This document shows positions 53,774 to 64,000 of a stretch of 64,000 bases of DNA, one piece after another; position 1 is the stretch's first letter; each line of letters begins with the position of its first letter. Location: the NCBI GenBank assembly GCA_009859145.1, contig VRVR01000001.1, forward strand, positions 487,636 through 551,635, read 5' to 3'. The translations under genes were made by a program, and so were the position numbers. The stretch is from Andalucia godoyi And28. Taxonomy: Eukaryota > Protista > Jakobida. The notes below the pieces were generated by a model that worked only from the letters and a program-made list of their open reading frames with translations, was not told the DNA's origin and did not search any database.

Positions 53774-54523
53774 TTACGAGTCATTCAGAATTTCCTGTAT
53801 GATGGATTCGTCTTCGTCCGCAAGCACAGTTGCTCCAGTGTTGTTGAAGTTGTTTAGACTCCCTAGTCTTCTCGCTGGAGCTGCGGGATTTGGCTTTTGC
53901 TGCTGCATGGTTTGTGCCTCTCGGAACTTGCTATTGTCAAACACAAAGGGCCTTCTGACTTTTCGGGTAGATGACGTGAATGCGCTGGAAGACGAACTGT
54001 CAAATTCAGACGAATTGCGATCGTTGTCGTTTGGATCCGACGTTCCAAACTCTGAATTGGGCTGGGATGCAAACGATGAGCTCGACGAAGATGCAGCCGC
54101 GGTTACGCCGCGTCCATTCGCAGGCGACCCGACATACGTTGATGACTGTTGGGCTCCATGAAACGATGATGCTGCTGCTGCTGGCGAAGACGACAGTTTC
54201 TGACTCGACGACGAATTGGTACGATTGTGACTGTTCGCAATATTACTATTGTTGTTGACATTGTTGCGATGTCCATGGTTGTCGCTGTTGCTGTTGTCAC
54301 TGCTAAATGAACCGCTCTTCTTTGCCGATGCGCGTTTTGCGTCTGGTCCTTCTCCACCATGATCGTCTTCGTATTCAATGACTGCGGGTCTGGAAGGAGG
54401 AGAGGCCCGAGAAGCTGTGGACGACTGCTGTCCGTCGTTTTGACGGCTGTGAGAAGATTCTGGAGTTACTTCTTCGAGCGGCCGATCGTCGGATTCTCGA
54501 TTCTTGCTTGCTCCGCAGCCCAT
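53774..54523 (-). CDS. Predicted myristoylated/palmitoylated disordered protein
   Basis: Begins MGCGASK (Gly2, Cys3). Ser/Asn-rich, with a short structured-looking C-terminus. Confidence 0.7.
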   Translation of the reverse strand: MGCGASKNRESDDRPLEEVTPESSHSRQNDGQQSSTASRASPPSRPAVIEYEDDHGGEGPDAKRASAKKSGSFSSDNSNSDNHGHRNNVNNNSNIANSHNRTNSSSSQKLSSSPAAAASSFHGAQQSSTYVGSPANGRGVTAAASSSSSSFASQPNSEFGTSDPNDNDRNSSEFDSSSSSAFTSSTRKVRRPFVFDNSKFREAQTMQQQKPNPAAPARRLGSLNNFNNTGATVLADEDESIIQEILNDS

Positions 54524-54590
54524 ATTACAAAATTCAATATTCCAGAGAAGAGAGACAACAACAGCGAGCGAAATGAAGCGCAGCAAAGGA

Positions 54591-54621
<31 letters not shown>

Positions 54622-55128
54622 AAGGGAGGAGATGCGGGGGAGGAAAAGGGAAGCAATAAATCAGAAGAAAAAGAAGAGAAAAGAAAAAAGAGATTCCTTT
54701 CAAATTGCCATTCGGAGAGTTAACCGACTGCATTTTTTTGTTTGCCTTTTTTTTAATGTCGTATTGCCCTAACGAATCTGGAAGCTGAGAAATGCATCGT
54801 AGAATCACGTGATGCAAAAGGCTTTATTGCATGCTGTCTTATATATATATATATATATATATGCGGTTTTTGATTGAGTCCCGTCCTCATTTTTTGCCCT
54901 ATGTCTGCGTTTTCCCTCTTTTCTTTTTTTTTTCGCCCTTGTCTCTCCGGTAGCATTCTTTCCGACATCCTTTTCTGTCTTTCGTGTGTGAGCGAGCGAG
55001 TGCGAGTGCGAGTGCGAGTGTGCGTGTGTGTGTGAGTGTGCGTGTGTGTGTATCTGTATTCTTTCCCTCCTTTTTTAAAACTTTTTTAAATTTAATTTAC
55101 GGAGTGATTGCACCGTCGAGCAACAGGC

Positions 55129-56265
55129 ATGGGAAAAAAGAGCGTTCGTCGCAAGTTATCAGACAAGGGCATTTCGCTTGAAGAATCGGAAAAGATTCTC
55201 AACCGTGGACAGGACCATACATCGCTTTCTCGACTTTCCGACGCCGATCTGTTCGTTGTGGACAGCGCATCGACGGATGCTGCTGTCTCCGCTGCCTCTG
55301 CTGTTTCCTGGAAAGACCGCCTCTCAGGTAAGCGGTTCCGGTCTCATGGATCCGTGTCGTATGACGTTCCGAGCGCCAAGGATGCCACTGAGTCGTCTTC
55401 GTCGTCAAAGAAGCCGAAGAGGCCGACGAGCCGCGTGGTGCTGCTGTCCAAGCACGTTACGCAGCAAAAGACCAATGCGTCTTCGGGCGAACAGATGGCA
55501 GCCGGCCGGAATGAAAATCGAGAAGAAGATCTATGGGTTGGTGATGAATCGATGGCCCGCACGGAGATGCAGTCTCGCCGAAAGTCGTCATTGCGACCCG
55601 CTGTAGCGGTTCCGGGAGGCGGGTTTTCGTTCAATCCTGATACAAATGAGCATCAAGGTGCAGTGCAAAAGGCCGTCGCGATCGAAATGAAGAGAGTGCG
55701 CAAGGTAAAGAAGGCAGAGAACCTTTTGCAGGTCTCGAGATTGCTGAAGGACGTTTCGGAAAAGAACAAGAAGCAGAACCTTGCAGAAGAGGAAGAGATT
55801 GCGCCTCCTGTTATTGTACCAACCCCACGAGTTTCCCACACAATGCGAAACAAGCTCAAAGTGAAGAAGCAAAATCGTATTGCACTCGGTTTGCGACGGT
55901 CGTTTGAGAGCAGAATGAAGAAGATCGATGGGGTCCATGCGATTGTCAAGGACATCGAAGAGAAGGAGAAGCTTGCCGAAGAAAAGAGAAGAAAGAACAG
56001 AGAGCTTGAGGAAAAGAGAAGCGGATTCAAGGTCCTAGCTGCTGCAAGATCCAAAAACTCGGTTCCCGATAAGACGCTGGTGGAAGTTCCGCTCTCCGAG
56101 GAACTCTCAAGCTCCTTGCGGACTGTTCGTGGCAGTTCTCTTCTTTTGAAAGATCGTCTGTCTTCATTTTTGAGCAGGAATCTCGTAGAAGCATCTCGAA
56201 ATGTCAAGCTGAAGATCCGCCACAAGAGAAAGGTGTTTGAACGCGGCGTGCCCGATCAAGTGTAA
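55129..56265 (+). CDS. NOP53: Ribosome biogenesis protein NOP53
   Basis: LFVVD (Mtr4 arch-interacting motif), DLW, AVAVPGGGFSFNP, LSSSLRTV and LLKDRLSSFLSRNLVE. Confidence 0.88.
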   Translation: MGKKSVRRKLSDKGISLEESEKILNRGQDHTSLSRLSDADLFVVDSASTDAAVSAASAVSWKDRLSGKRFRSHGSVSYDVPSAKDATESSSSSKKPKRPTSRVVLLSKHVTQQKTNASSGEQMAAGRNENREEDLWVGDESMARTEMQSRRKSSLRPAVAVPGGGFSFNPDTNEHQGAVQKAVAIEMKRVRKVKKAENLLQVSRLLKDVSEKNKKQNLAEEEEIAPPVIVPTPRVSHTMRNKLKVKKQNRIALGLRRSFESRMKKIDGVHAIVKDIEEKEKLAEEKRRKNRELEEKRSGFKVLAAARSKNSVPDKTLVEVPLSEELSSSLRTVRGSSLLLKDRLSSFLSRNLVEASRNVKLKIRHKRKVFERGVPDQV

Positions 56266-56320
56266 AAAACCCGTGATTTACTTTCTTTTTCTTCTTTTCC
56301 TCCCCACACACACACACACA

Positions 56321-56353
<33 letters not shown>

Positions 56354-56575
56354 CACATCCCTTCTTTTGTGTACCCGCTGTAATACCCGTCAATTCGTTC
56401 CTCCGCGTCCGCTTTGGAAAAGGAAAGAGAAGAAAGACACTTCAATATGCTCACGAGATTGCGTTGACCCCGAGCTTGCTTTCCCCCCTCGTCTTGGTTT
56501 GTTGTGGTTTTGTTTCTCTTCTTGCATTTTACAGATCCTATTGATTTGTCTCTCGAGAATAGAGATTTTCGCGAA

Positions 56576-56851
56576 ATGTCTGAAGATATCAAGCCGAACG
56601 TGAAGCCCGAGTCTACCGGAGAGAAGATCCGAATTACTCTTCGTTCCAACGATCAAAACGTAGAGTTTGTCGTCAAGCCGACGACTCCCTTTGAGAAGGT
56701 GTTTGAAAAGTTCGGCGAGAGAACAAACATGAGCAACTTTCGCGTGGTCTTTGATGGAGAGCGTGTGCTTGGAAACCAGTGTCCAGCAGACATTGGAATT
56801 GCAGAAGGGGATGTTCTTGATGTTTTTGTCGAGCAAACCGGAGGTCAGTAA
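56576..56851 (+). CDS. SUMO: SUMO (divergent)
   Basis: VKPE consensus site, VKPTTPFEKVF, FDGERV and C-terminal EQTGG plus a one-residue extension. Confidence 0.88.
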   Translation: MSEDIKPNVKPESTGEKIRITLRSNDQNVEFVVKPTTPFEKVFEKFGERTNMSNFRVVFDGERVLGNQCPADIGIAEGDVLDVFVEQTGGQ

Positions 56852-57079
56852 AATAAAAAATAAAAAAGAAGTTAAAGAAGAGCAATCCGGCCTCCCAAAT
56901 GCTGAGGGAGATTCTTGTCCCAGTCTGTATGTACGTGTGTGCATGTAAACTATCGTCATTCATTCAAGCATTGGTTTATTCTTGTACTTTTGTGCATCAC
57001 ACTCAAACAACTCAATAAATTCATCGGGGCGCGGAAAAAAGATGGGATTGCAGATTCGTGTGGAGAAGGGATGGCGCAC

Positions 57080-57877
57080 CTATGAGACGAAGTCGGCTGG
57101 AACTGTGGCAGAGCGAGCTATCGACGGGCTGACGACGTCGACGTCTCCATCTCGGATTCTCATTAGTAGACGACGCTTTGAAACCAAAGGCCACCATTTG
57201 TACATGAACGTCTCAAACGGCTTCCATAAAGCAATCCAGGCAAGGACAATCAACGTTTGCTGGAGTGCATATTCCCACCAATTGCGATTATCCGTACTTG
57301 CAGACGGAAACGCAAAGAAGGAGATCAGAAAGCAGGAGACGAAAACCATGCCTCCAAATATCAGTGACATTCTGCCCTCTGCGAAGATTGCCCTGAAATC
57401 TCGACGGAGCGACGCAAGCTCACAGTCATAGTAAAACCGGACGGCTTCCCGCAGATCGAGGATTTCGGAAGATTTTGTCGGCTGGTCTGTGAAGATCCGC
57501 AGATGAATGCGCGCATCTCCCTCGACATCCAGTGCGTACGTCTCGATGAACTCCGCAGCCTTCGCATCAATATCGCGCTCTCGGAATGGCGCCGGGTCCA
57601 ATGTGTTATACATCTGACGCAGCTCGCGCACATGAATGTCGATTTCGTGTCGCAGAACCTGGATCATAGGAGGGTTTTCTTGACTTGTGTCCTCTCCCAC
57701 GTCCACCATGGACACATCTCGATGATTGTGATACGGACGACTCACAGCACGCGGACTCAGGATGGACGACGTCGATTTCCTCAAACTCGTACTTGGACTC
57801 ATGGCGCCACTCGTGATGTCGCTGGCACCAGCGCCCGTGCTCGTGCCCGTGCCCGTGCTCGCTGCATCGATCGTCAT
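57080..57877 (-). CDS. Two-TM membrane protein resembling a prokaryotic hypothetical family
   Basis: LDPAPFRERDIDAKAAEFI, GRMSLIFG and AWIALWKPFETFMYKWWP. First plausible ATG at 57877. Confidence 0.75.
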   Translation of the reverse strand: MTIDAASTGTGTSTGAGASDITSGAMSPSTSLRKSTSSILSPRAVSRPYHNHRDVSMVDVGEDTSQENPPMIQVLRHEIDIHVRELRQMYNTLDPAPFRERDIDAKAAEFIETYALDVEGDARIHLRIFTDQPTKSSEILDLREAVRFYYDCELASLRRDFRAIFAEGRMSLIFGGMVFVSCFLISFFAFPSASTDNRNWWEYALQQTLIVLAWIALWKPFETFMYKWWPLVSKRRLLMRIRDGDVDVVSPSIARSATVPADFVS

Positions 57878-58344
57878 CAAGTACAAGAACCAATGCACAG
57901 CCAAACATCCGCAGACAAGAAGTTGCAGTGCAGGAGATGTGGCGAAAATCCGTCTTTCAGGATATCCAAAAGGAAAGACGAAGAACGAGAAGAAAAAGAA
58001 CAAGGCTTACTTACTCCTCCACTTCTGTCCTGTCGATCAAAGCAAAACACGGAGGAGAAGAGTTGAGAATCGTTAGCTGGGTTCCGAGCTTCAGTCCAGG
58101 CTGCGAGTCGTCCACTTCGTTCACCCGTCCACTCGCCCGTATGGAGGCGTGTTTCTACCAAGTGCGTGTAAAAATAGTTGGCGAGGATCGACACCTGTCG
58201 ACTTCAACGCCCGGCATCCCCCCACCAGTTTATTGTTGTGCAGAAAGACACTGAAGACGTGCTCTTGTTCCCTGGAGATCCGCAAATCACAACTCCCCGC
58301 GAACCAAGCAAGCTATCGGTTGATTTGGGGAGCATTTCGTGGTC

Positions 58345-58689
58345 ATGTCGTCGTTTGTGGAGATTGATGAAGAGCTAAATGTTCATGCGCTGCTTCAAAA
58401 GATTGCGCTTCTCGAAGAGGAGGTGGACAGTCTGAAGCGAAGCTCGGTGACGCAACGACTGGCTTCGGTTTCGGCATCACAGGACGCGTCGACTGCGCGC
58501 GATCACATTGCGCGCATATCCGAAGCGTATGTGGCTGCAGTCGAGGAAGAAAAGTTTTTGAAAATTGATGCGCAGCGAAAACTGCATTGTCTTTCTGCTC
58601 AGCTGGTAAGAGACACGGAGGTCGTTGTGCTCTTGGAGTCTGTCAAGAAAAGACAGCAGGCGCTGGAAAAGATCGTCCATGCATCCTGA
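58345..58689 (+). CDS. Small coiled-coil protein, unknown function
   Basis: 114-aa ORF with heptad patterns (LLQKIALLEEEVDSLK). Confidence 0.55.
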   Translation: MSSFVEIDEELNVHALLQKIALLEEEVDSLKRSSVTQRLASVSASQDASTARDHIARISEAYVAAVEEEKFLKIDAQRKLHCLSAQLVRDTEVVVLLESVKKRQQALEKIVHAS

Positions 58690-58841
58690 AGTGTAGAATC
58701 GACGCACACGGAATCATAATTTTATTTCCGTTGGAGATTAAGAAGGGAGGTGTTTCCTCTCCCCCTCCCCCCTCCATCCTCCTCTTTCTTTCTTCATATT
58801 AATTAACTAACTCATTATGGTTATACGTTGTTTGGGATGGT

Positions 58842-61800
58842 TTATGGCGAGCCCAGCGCGTTGTCCCCGTCAAACACGGGTTGCGACGACATTCTTTCGG
58901 GACTTCTCTTGCCGGGAGATGCGGCTGCGAGAGCTGCAACATGTGCGGCAACTTCAAATAAAGGACTTTTAACATCTGCTGGAGATGCTGCAGAGCTCAT
59001 GCTCATGTGGAATGTGGACATGCGGCGACTCAGCGCCCGCATGCGTGCATGTGTTGACGGACGAGTCCTGGGAGATACGGATCCCTTTTGCGTGTCGGTT
59101 CCCGGAACGGGAGAGCCTGAAGTAATGGTGGCCGGAGAGATTTGGAATTGCACTTTGCTTGCCTTCCGCTCTTGAATGTCCTTGAGCAGTTCCGAAGGAT
59201 CCAGCTCCGCCAGATACATCACAGCGGCCTCGAAATGCGGAAACCAATATTCGGCAGTGTAGTCCTTCTTGTCCGAAAACAAGTACGCCTTTTGGTCGTC
59301 CGCATGCAAGTTCAGACAGTCTGACATCTGCACCACCGAAGAGTGTAGGCTGGATGGATTCGCACGGATGAGTAGATAGATCAAGATCGGAAGGAAGTCG
59401 TCCATGGCAGGGAGAATACGGGAATCCAAGGATGACTCCACATCGGAACAAAACTTCATGATCTCAAAAACAGACTTTGAAATCAAAACCATGGACTCGA
59501 TCCGCTCAAGAGGATTGCGGAAATTCGACCAGTTTGAGAGCTCTTCCAGCAACAATGCCCATGTAGTCGCAGAGCAGTATCGGAGAGGGAGGTCCATGTC
59601 CTCTGGGAGGATACCGTGAAGCGATGCAAGCTTCATGCTGAGGTTTCGGTCCTTTTCCCGGTCCTTTTCCGACAAGAGGAACGATGCAAATGATGACTCG
59701 AAGAAGTGCATGACACAGAATTTTTCAATTACATCGAGGGAGGCATCCACTTCAGAAGCAGTAAACCTGGATTTCACGAGAAGCGACCGGGCATGTCCCA
59801 GCAAATCCAACAGAAAGCGCGAGAATCTCGTACGGATTGTTTGAGGGTGCGTGCAATCATCGCTCAAGAAGGTTCTGAGTTGAGGAATGACCATTGACGA
59901 GAACAGCATTCGCAGTCTTTCGCAAGACAGAAACGCCAGCAAGTACCGATGCTCGTCTTCGCAGCCGGAAGACAGACGTGAGAGAATGTCTCCCATCTGT
60001 AGTAAACGAGCCTTTTCGACGGCAACAACAGACGCAATGTGCTGCTTCCTGGCCGTTGATTCCGCAATAATCGCGTCAAAAAGAACAAACAGCATTTTCT
60101 TCCCGAGTCGTTTGCAAACATCTTCGAGAGATCGTAAACACTGCAGCAAACATGCAGCCCGCACCAGCTGTTTGTTACCAGCTTCTTTGTCCGCCCATTG
60201 CCTCAAGACTGAAAAGAAGAGGACACTGTCCACATCTACATCCGCATCCATGTTCATATCTTTTTTATCCTTGGCACTGGCCTTGTCGATTGGAACAACC
60301 GGAATGAGAGGCACTGCAGAGGGCAGAACGGTAAGGACGCTTTTCAATTGAGAGAACGGAAGTCGAAGCTCGGAGGGTAGACTAGTTGGGATCGAAGCAG
60401 CAGTAGAAGAAAGCGCCACATCAATATCGGAATGTCGGCTTCCCGCAGAACCAACAAAAACATACCGATCCTCTGAAGGATCCACAGCTTCAAATCCATC
60501 CCCAAGAGCAGCGATGGCAACTGCAAACTCCGCACTGCAATGCTCGAGTGGGACGCTGGACGCACAGCGGTGCAACAACGACACCTCATTGAATGTAACA
60601 ACAACAGAAGAGACGGTGTCCATGTGAAACTTGGACACGACATCCTCTGATGCCTCTGATGCAGCGAAAGACGAGGAGTGTCGAAAGGCAATAATGCTCT
60701 CGAAATATCGGTGCATTGCTTCTCCATTCTGGGATATGAATATGTTCATTCCAGAATATGAATTTTTTTCTTGAAACGGAATGCCAAAAGCCATATGCCG
60801 GAGGACATTTGCAATCACGGTCAGTTTCTCTCTATCCTTTTCCGAAACTGGGGCGCCCCGAACAAGCCCGTACCGCTCAGGATCAATAATGCATAGGTTG
60901 ATGTACTGCATAAAGAAGAACGAAAAGAGACACGAAGCAAACTCCTGTGTAGACGAGTTCGGAAACGCTTCTTTAGCACAATCCACGATTTCGCATGCTA
61001 ACATGCGGATGCCAAAAGGAAGGCAGTTCACTGATTGGGTAAGAGATGAAACAATGCGCGTGCAGACTCTGTACAAGTTGGCTTGATTCTTCTGCAATTG
61101 CTTCCGCACATCGTCATCGGAGATCCCAGATAGATTCTGCAATGGAGCTTGTTTGCCAGAAGGTGTCAGTGTCTTTTGCTGCGCCACCGGGACCTTTCGC
61201 TCATCTTTGGAGTGTCCAATGATTTTGCATGCGATATCCATGCGATCAAGATCGAGGGAGACGTCAAAATCATCGTGGTCCAGAACGGTTCGCAGCGTAT
61301 CCCGCAGCACGAGGCCCGCATACTCTCGCCCTATTCTTCTTGCATATGCAGGGAAAACCTTCTTGAAGAATGCTATTTCGAAGAGTTCATTGGGGCTTTG
61401 GCAAAACTGAAAGGCGTGCTTCATGCTTGCTTTGAAAAAAGCAAGCAAGTTTCCTTCGCAAATTGGATCCGACACATTGGCATACAGTCCATGCAGCACA
61501 AACCGAGACAAATCATTCGCGCACCTCCGCAATGCAGAAGAACTGGAAGACTTATCGTGAAACAAATGAAACGCAATCGAGCTCGCAAGGTCCGAAGGAT
61601 TGAAAAATAAATGATGGAGAAAACGCTCGACATCATTTGTTCGTCGTTTGAACAGATCACTCGCTTTCGAGAGCGCCGCGACCGTATCATACGCTCCGTC
61701 CAACGTACATTCTCCATTTCGGAATCTATCTACATTCAATTCCAGCTCACGAACCTGCACGGCCAGCAGCGGAGTACACGACTGCAGGTTTGACAACCGA

Positions 61801-61910
61801 TCACGCAAGCTTTGCAGCTCCGAGATGTCTTCTTGAATGAACAGTTTCTCATTGATCAGCGCCCGCTGTGCTGTCAGGAACGACGAGAGCGACGCAGACA
61901 TTTCCATCAT
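58842..61910 (-). CDS. GAPVD1: RasGAP-like plus VPS9 protein (GAPVD1/Gapex-5/RME-6-like)
   Basis: RasGAP-fold motifs (LPFGIRML, FFFMQYINLCIIDPE) and C-terminal VPS9 (AMDDFLPILIYLLIRANP, EYWF). Confidence 0.82.
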   Translation of the reverse strand: MMEMSASLSSFLTAQRALINEKLFIQEDISELQSLRDRLSNLQSCTPLLAVQVRELELNVDRFRNGECTLDGAYDTVAALSKASDLFKRRTNDVERFLHHLFFNPSDLASSIAFHLFHDKSSSSSALRRCANDLSRFVLHGLYANVSDPICEGNLLAFFKASMKHAFQFCQSPNELFEIAFFKKVFPAYARRIGREYAGLVLRDTLRTVLDHDDFDVSLDLDRMDIACKIIGHSKDERKVPVAQQKTLTPSGKQAPLQNLSGISDDDVRKQLQKNQANLYRVCTRIVSSLTQSVNCLPFGIRMLACEIVDCAKEAFPNSSTQEFASCLFSFFFMQYINLCIIDPERYGLVRGAPVSEKDREKLTVIANVLRHMAFGIPFQEKNSYSGMNIFISQNGEAMHRYFESIIAFRHSSSFAASEASEDVVSKFHMDTVSSVVVTFNEVSLLHRCASSVPLEHCSAEFAVAIAALGDGFEAVDPSEDRYVFVGSAGSRHSDIDVALSSTAASIPTSLPSELRLPFSQLKSVLTVLPSAVPLIPVVPIDKASAKDKKDMNMDADVDVDSVLFFSVLRQWADKEAGNKQLVRAACLLQCLRSLEDVCKRLGKKMLFVLFDAIIAESTARKQHIASVVAVEKARLLQMGDILSRLSSGCEDEHRYLLAFLSCERLRMLFSSMVIPQLRTFLSDDCTHPQTIRTRFSRFLLDLLGHARSLLVKSRFTASEVDASLDVIEKFCVMHFFESSFASFLLSEKDREKDRNLSMKLASLHGILPEDMDLPLRYCSATTWALLLEELSNWSNFRNPLERIESMVLISKSVFEIMKFCSDVESSLDSRILPAMDDFLPILIYLLIRANPSSLHSSVVQMSDCLNLHADDQKAYLFSDKKDYTAEYWFPHFEAAVMYLAELDPSELLKDIQERKASKVQFQISPATITSGSPVPGTDTQKGSVSPRTRPSTHARMRALSRRMSTFHMSMSSAASPADVKSPLFEVAAHVAALAAASPGKRSPERMSSQPVFDGDNALGSP

Positions 61911-62230
61911 TGTCCACTGACTTGAGAAGACTGCAAGATTCTACACCCTTCCTGATCTCAAAATGCTACAACCACTGCCACAATGCTCGCGACTGTTTGT
62001 GGAGGAAATCCGGAAGCGTCGATTGATTCACAAAAAATCAAATCACAAAAAGGAAAAGAAAAAATAGGCTGCAACTCAAAAAGATTAATATCAAACAAAA
62101 AACGTCTTTGATAAGCAGCAGTTTTCTTCTCGACGCTGCTGTATCAATTGACACTACCAAAAACGTGCTTCCCAAAACACAAATCGTCTCTGCAGCTCAC
62201 CAAAAAAACATGAATCATTAATATTCACCA

Positions 62231-62628
62231 TCGGCTGAGCTGTCATCGAAGACAGATCCAAGCCACATGTTTTTATGAATTTGGGGCGAACACCAACTCT
62301 TCAATGCAGGTTGTTGGTCATCGCAACCAACACATTCCCCAATGGATCCGGCATCTTCGGACATGGCCAATTTGGGTTTTCTGGGGAAGATCCCTCCTTG
62401 GAGCCATGCAATGCTTTGTCTTTGATGAAAGGTGCTGCTTAAGAGTTCGATCGATAAAAAGCAAACACACAGAAAATAGTACAAGGGAGAATAAAAGTGA
62501 AGAATGATAAGGAGTCCTGAGCTTGACTACGGTAAGAACGTCGCGTCCCCACAGGGTTGGACAAGCAAACTTCCGGTATGATGTTGTTTGCTTGAGGTTC
62601 AATGTTGAAACACAAAGCGGTCAACCGT
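62231..62628. repeat. Dispersed repeat copy B (398 bp, internally deleted)
   Basis: Same orientation as 44472-45097. Lacks ~208 bp of it and two short tandem duplications. Confidence 0.92.
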
Positions 62629-62760
62629 TCTCTCTACAGCGAATATTGCTGCGACGAGGAAAACGCGACATCTTTCTTAGCGTACATGGATTAGCAGCAT
62701 CTTACTCAGATGCGAAAGGTTTGAAAGAAAGAAATAACTAAGAAAATCTTGGAACTGCGA

Positions 62761-62795
62761 CCTTCGTCACTGCGCTGACCGAGCAGTGATGAAGG
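62761..62795 (+). other. 13-bp stem-loop
   Basis: CCTTCGTCACTGC pairs with GCAGTGATGAAGG (one G-U on the + strand) around a 9-nt loop. Confidence 0.7.
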
Positions 62796-63213
62796 CTTTA
62801 GCAAACCGTTTCAACGATTTTTGATCACATGAAAAAAACAGGCACGATTGCACAGTACGTGCCACAATGACTTCTTCTTTTATTGCGAGTGTTTGGATTT
62901 TGCCGATTCGCTGGGAAGCAAGCAAATCCGTACACAGGGCGCCTAGGGACTGTGAGAAACCTGCGAGACACCACGAATGTTAACGACACGAGTATTCTTT
63001 TCGAGCTGGCTAACGTAGTCTGCAGAACTGATCACAACGTATGTATTCCCATGCAAATGCGTCCACGTCGCTTCCCCCGAAGGCACACTGGAGCCGCGAA
63101 TTTGCACAAAAGCTCGTACTTGCTGCTCAATCTTTGCCATATCGACTCAGTGCCGCCGTCTGTCCTCTGTGCTTCCTGGACAAAACGCAGCACAACCCAG
63201 AGAGCAGCTCAGG

Positions 63214-63930
63214 CTAGAGACAAAACAACAGAAAAGGGCCCCGAAAAAGCTTCCCTCGCTTTTTTTTCTTTCTTTTTTTTTTTTTGCAACTTTGTCGCCC
63301 CCACCCTCGGACACCACTAGCAACTCGTTCGGAAAACACCAGGAAAGGAAATCCCGGAGCCGGTCCTTGTATGCCAATTGGAAGCAGATGGGCAAATGGA
63401 TCCGTGTAAGTTCCGGACACCGCCATCTTCGAATCGAAAAGGGAAGATGCGAGCTGAACGCTTGAAGCATTGGCTCAGGAGCTTTTGGAGAATTGTCCGT
63501 TCAGTCAAAGGAAATCTCGGTTTTTTATCGAAGCAAAGTGGAAAACTTTTAATGTAACTATATACATACATTTTTTGAGGACCAGGAAAGGGCCTGCTGC
63601 CCTTTGTTTTCTGGTTCTTGCTATCATACTCGAAGAGCATCCGATCCGCGTCGCTCTTTATCTTCGCAAAGTTGCAGCAGAATAATGCACTCGGGGAGGT
63701 CTCACGAATGCTCTCAGTGCACAATCTGTTAGCTCATTAATTATCACGTCCTAATAGACACCCACGTATTTGCGTACGGTTTGTTCAGGACAATGCACAT
63801 CTTTGCATCTTACACTCTTAATAACATACGCACGGATGTCTTTCGCGAGCGGCGCGTCCGAATTTGTTCCCCCCCCCCCCCCCCGGTAACCTAAATCCAC
63901 TTTCAGCATCACATTCATGTTTTTCATGTC
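63214..63930 (-). CDS. Tentative multi-exon gene or pseudogene entering from the right edge; exons 63930-63830, 63725-63570, 63460-onward
   Basis: Two GTATGT...AG introns (104 and 109 nt) join three separate ORF pieces in frame. No recognisable homology. Confidence 0.35.
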
Positions 63931-64000
63931 CTGCATGGGAAAAGACGTCAGCAAGTTGTCCCCCGGGATTTCCTCTCGCTTTTCGGTCCGACACCCACTC

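Noticed and set aside
62783-62830. SECIS-like ATGAA...AAA...GA
   Set aside because: Helix II cannot pair, and no in-frame TGA selenoprotein candidate lies upstream.

Overview
Gene-dense, intron-poor eukaryotic nuclear DNA from a compact protist-like genome. It uses the standard genetic code, has GC-balanced ORFs with AT-rich or microsatellite spacers, and holds about 32 protein genes in 64 kb. The organism cannot be identified from sequence alone. Genes recognisable from motifs: MMS19, serine racemase (one 109-nt GT-AG intron), a two-CRIB PAK kinase, a PqaA/AprA secreted hydrolase, condensin CAP-G, a nucleotidyltransferase, a P3A H+-ATPase, PEX11, PEX3, two VPS9 GEFs (PH-VPS9 and GAPVD1-like), a secreted PI-PLC-like enzyme, YjbQ, cysteinyl-tRNA synthetase, a Zn alcohol dehydrogenase, dynactin p150, mitochondrial Obg, ZIP11, NOP53 and SUMO. 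The top finding is 23255-25174, which looks like a GhrA-type D-2-hydroxyacid dehydrogenase fold split by an inserted dynein-like coiled-coil/microtubule-binding stalk. Other highlights: a 517-bp TIR element with CCCT...AGGG ends, a recently duplicated ~0.4-0.6 kb dispersed repeat, a CCCH-finger/NYN-like protein, a prokaryote-like membrane protein, a presequence-like stretch out of frame with YjbQ across a G6 run, and a 40-bp convergent CDS overlap. All family assignments come from recalled motifs, not database searches.
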